Shown one piece after another: positions 63,873 to 64,000 of a DNA stretch of 64,000 nt. Position 1 is the stretch's first letter; the number at the start of each line of letters is the position of its first letter. Position numbers and translations under genes: made by a program. This DNA comes from Octopus sinensis (taxonomy: Eukaryota): positions 158,906,001-158,970,000 of the forward strand of contig NC_042999.1 of NCBI RefSeq assembly GCF_006345805.1, in the 5' to 3' direction. The notes below the pieces were generated by a model. It was given only the letters and a program-made list of their open reading frames with translations. It was not told the origin of the DNA and ran no database searches.

Positions 63873-64000
63873 AAAAGTGAAAAAGGAAAAAATTGGATGT
63901 GGGTAAGGGGGGATTTTCAAAATTCTGATTGTTGCAATTTTTCAGAATCTCTGTATCCGAAAAGTCAATGAAATGCTTGTAGGAAGTCTGATTACTAACG

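Overview
AT-rich, microsatellite- and transposon-dense eukaryotic DNA. The SINE families and TA/TAA microsatellite load suggest a coleoid cephalopod, most likely Octopus (inference). I can support one host protein-coding gene: a single-coding-exon class A GPCR at 16161-17276 (+) with atypical ENY and KFFILY motifs. The rest is mobile DNA: several tRNA-derived SINE families, two decayed mariners, a Helitron relic, RTE LINE relics, Penelope-like element (PLE) relics, and two same-strand nests of R4/Dong-type restriction-like-endonuclease LINEs stacked in (TAA)n tracts (about 24.6-27.4 kb and 44.7-58.0 kb). The main finding is at 1791-5090. This is a roughly 3.3-kb head-to-head array of ~490-bp units inside a (TA)n tract. 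Every unit carries a complete type I hammerhead ribozyme read directly from the sequence: stem I ATTTCTTG/CAAGAAAT, core CTGAAGA, stem II ATCCG/CGGAT closing a 58-nt insert, GAAA, stem III ACGG-TATA-CCGT, and a GTA cleavage triplet. There are seven copies, three on - and four on +. The two arms are in register, as expected from twin-primed reverse transcription of a multimeric or circular retrozyme-like RNA. Several minimal PLE-type hammerhead motifs also occur, two of them in the sense orientation just upstream of the GPCR splice acceptor. All identifications are by eye; no searches or folding programs were run.
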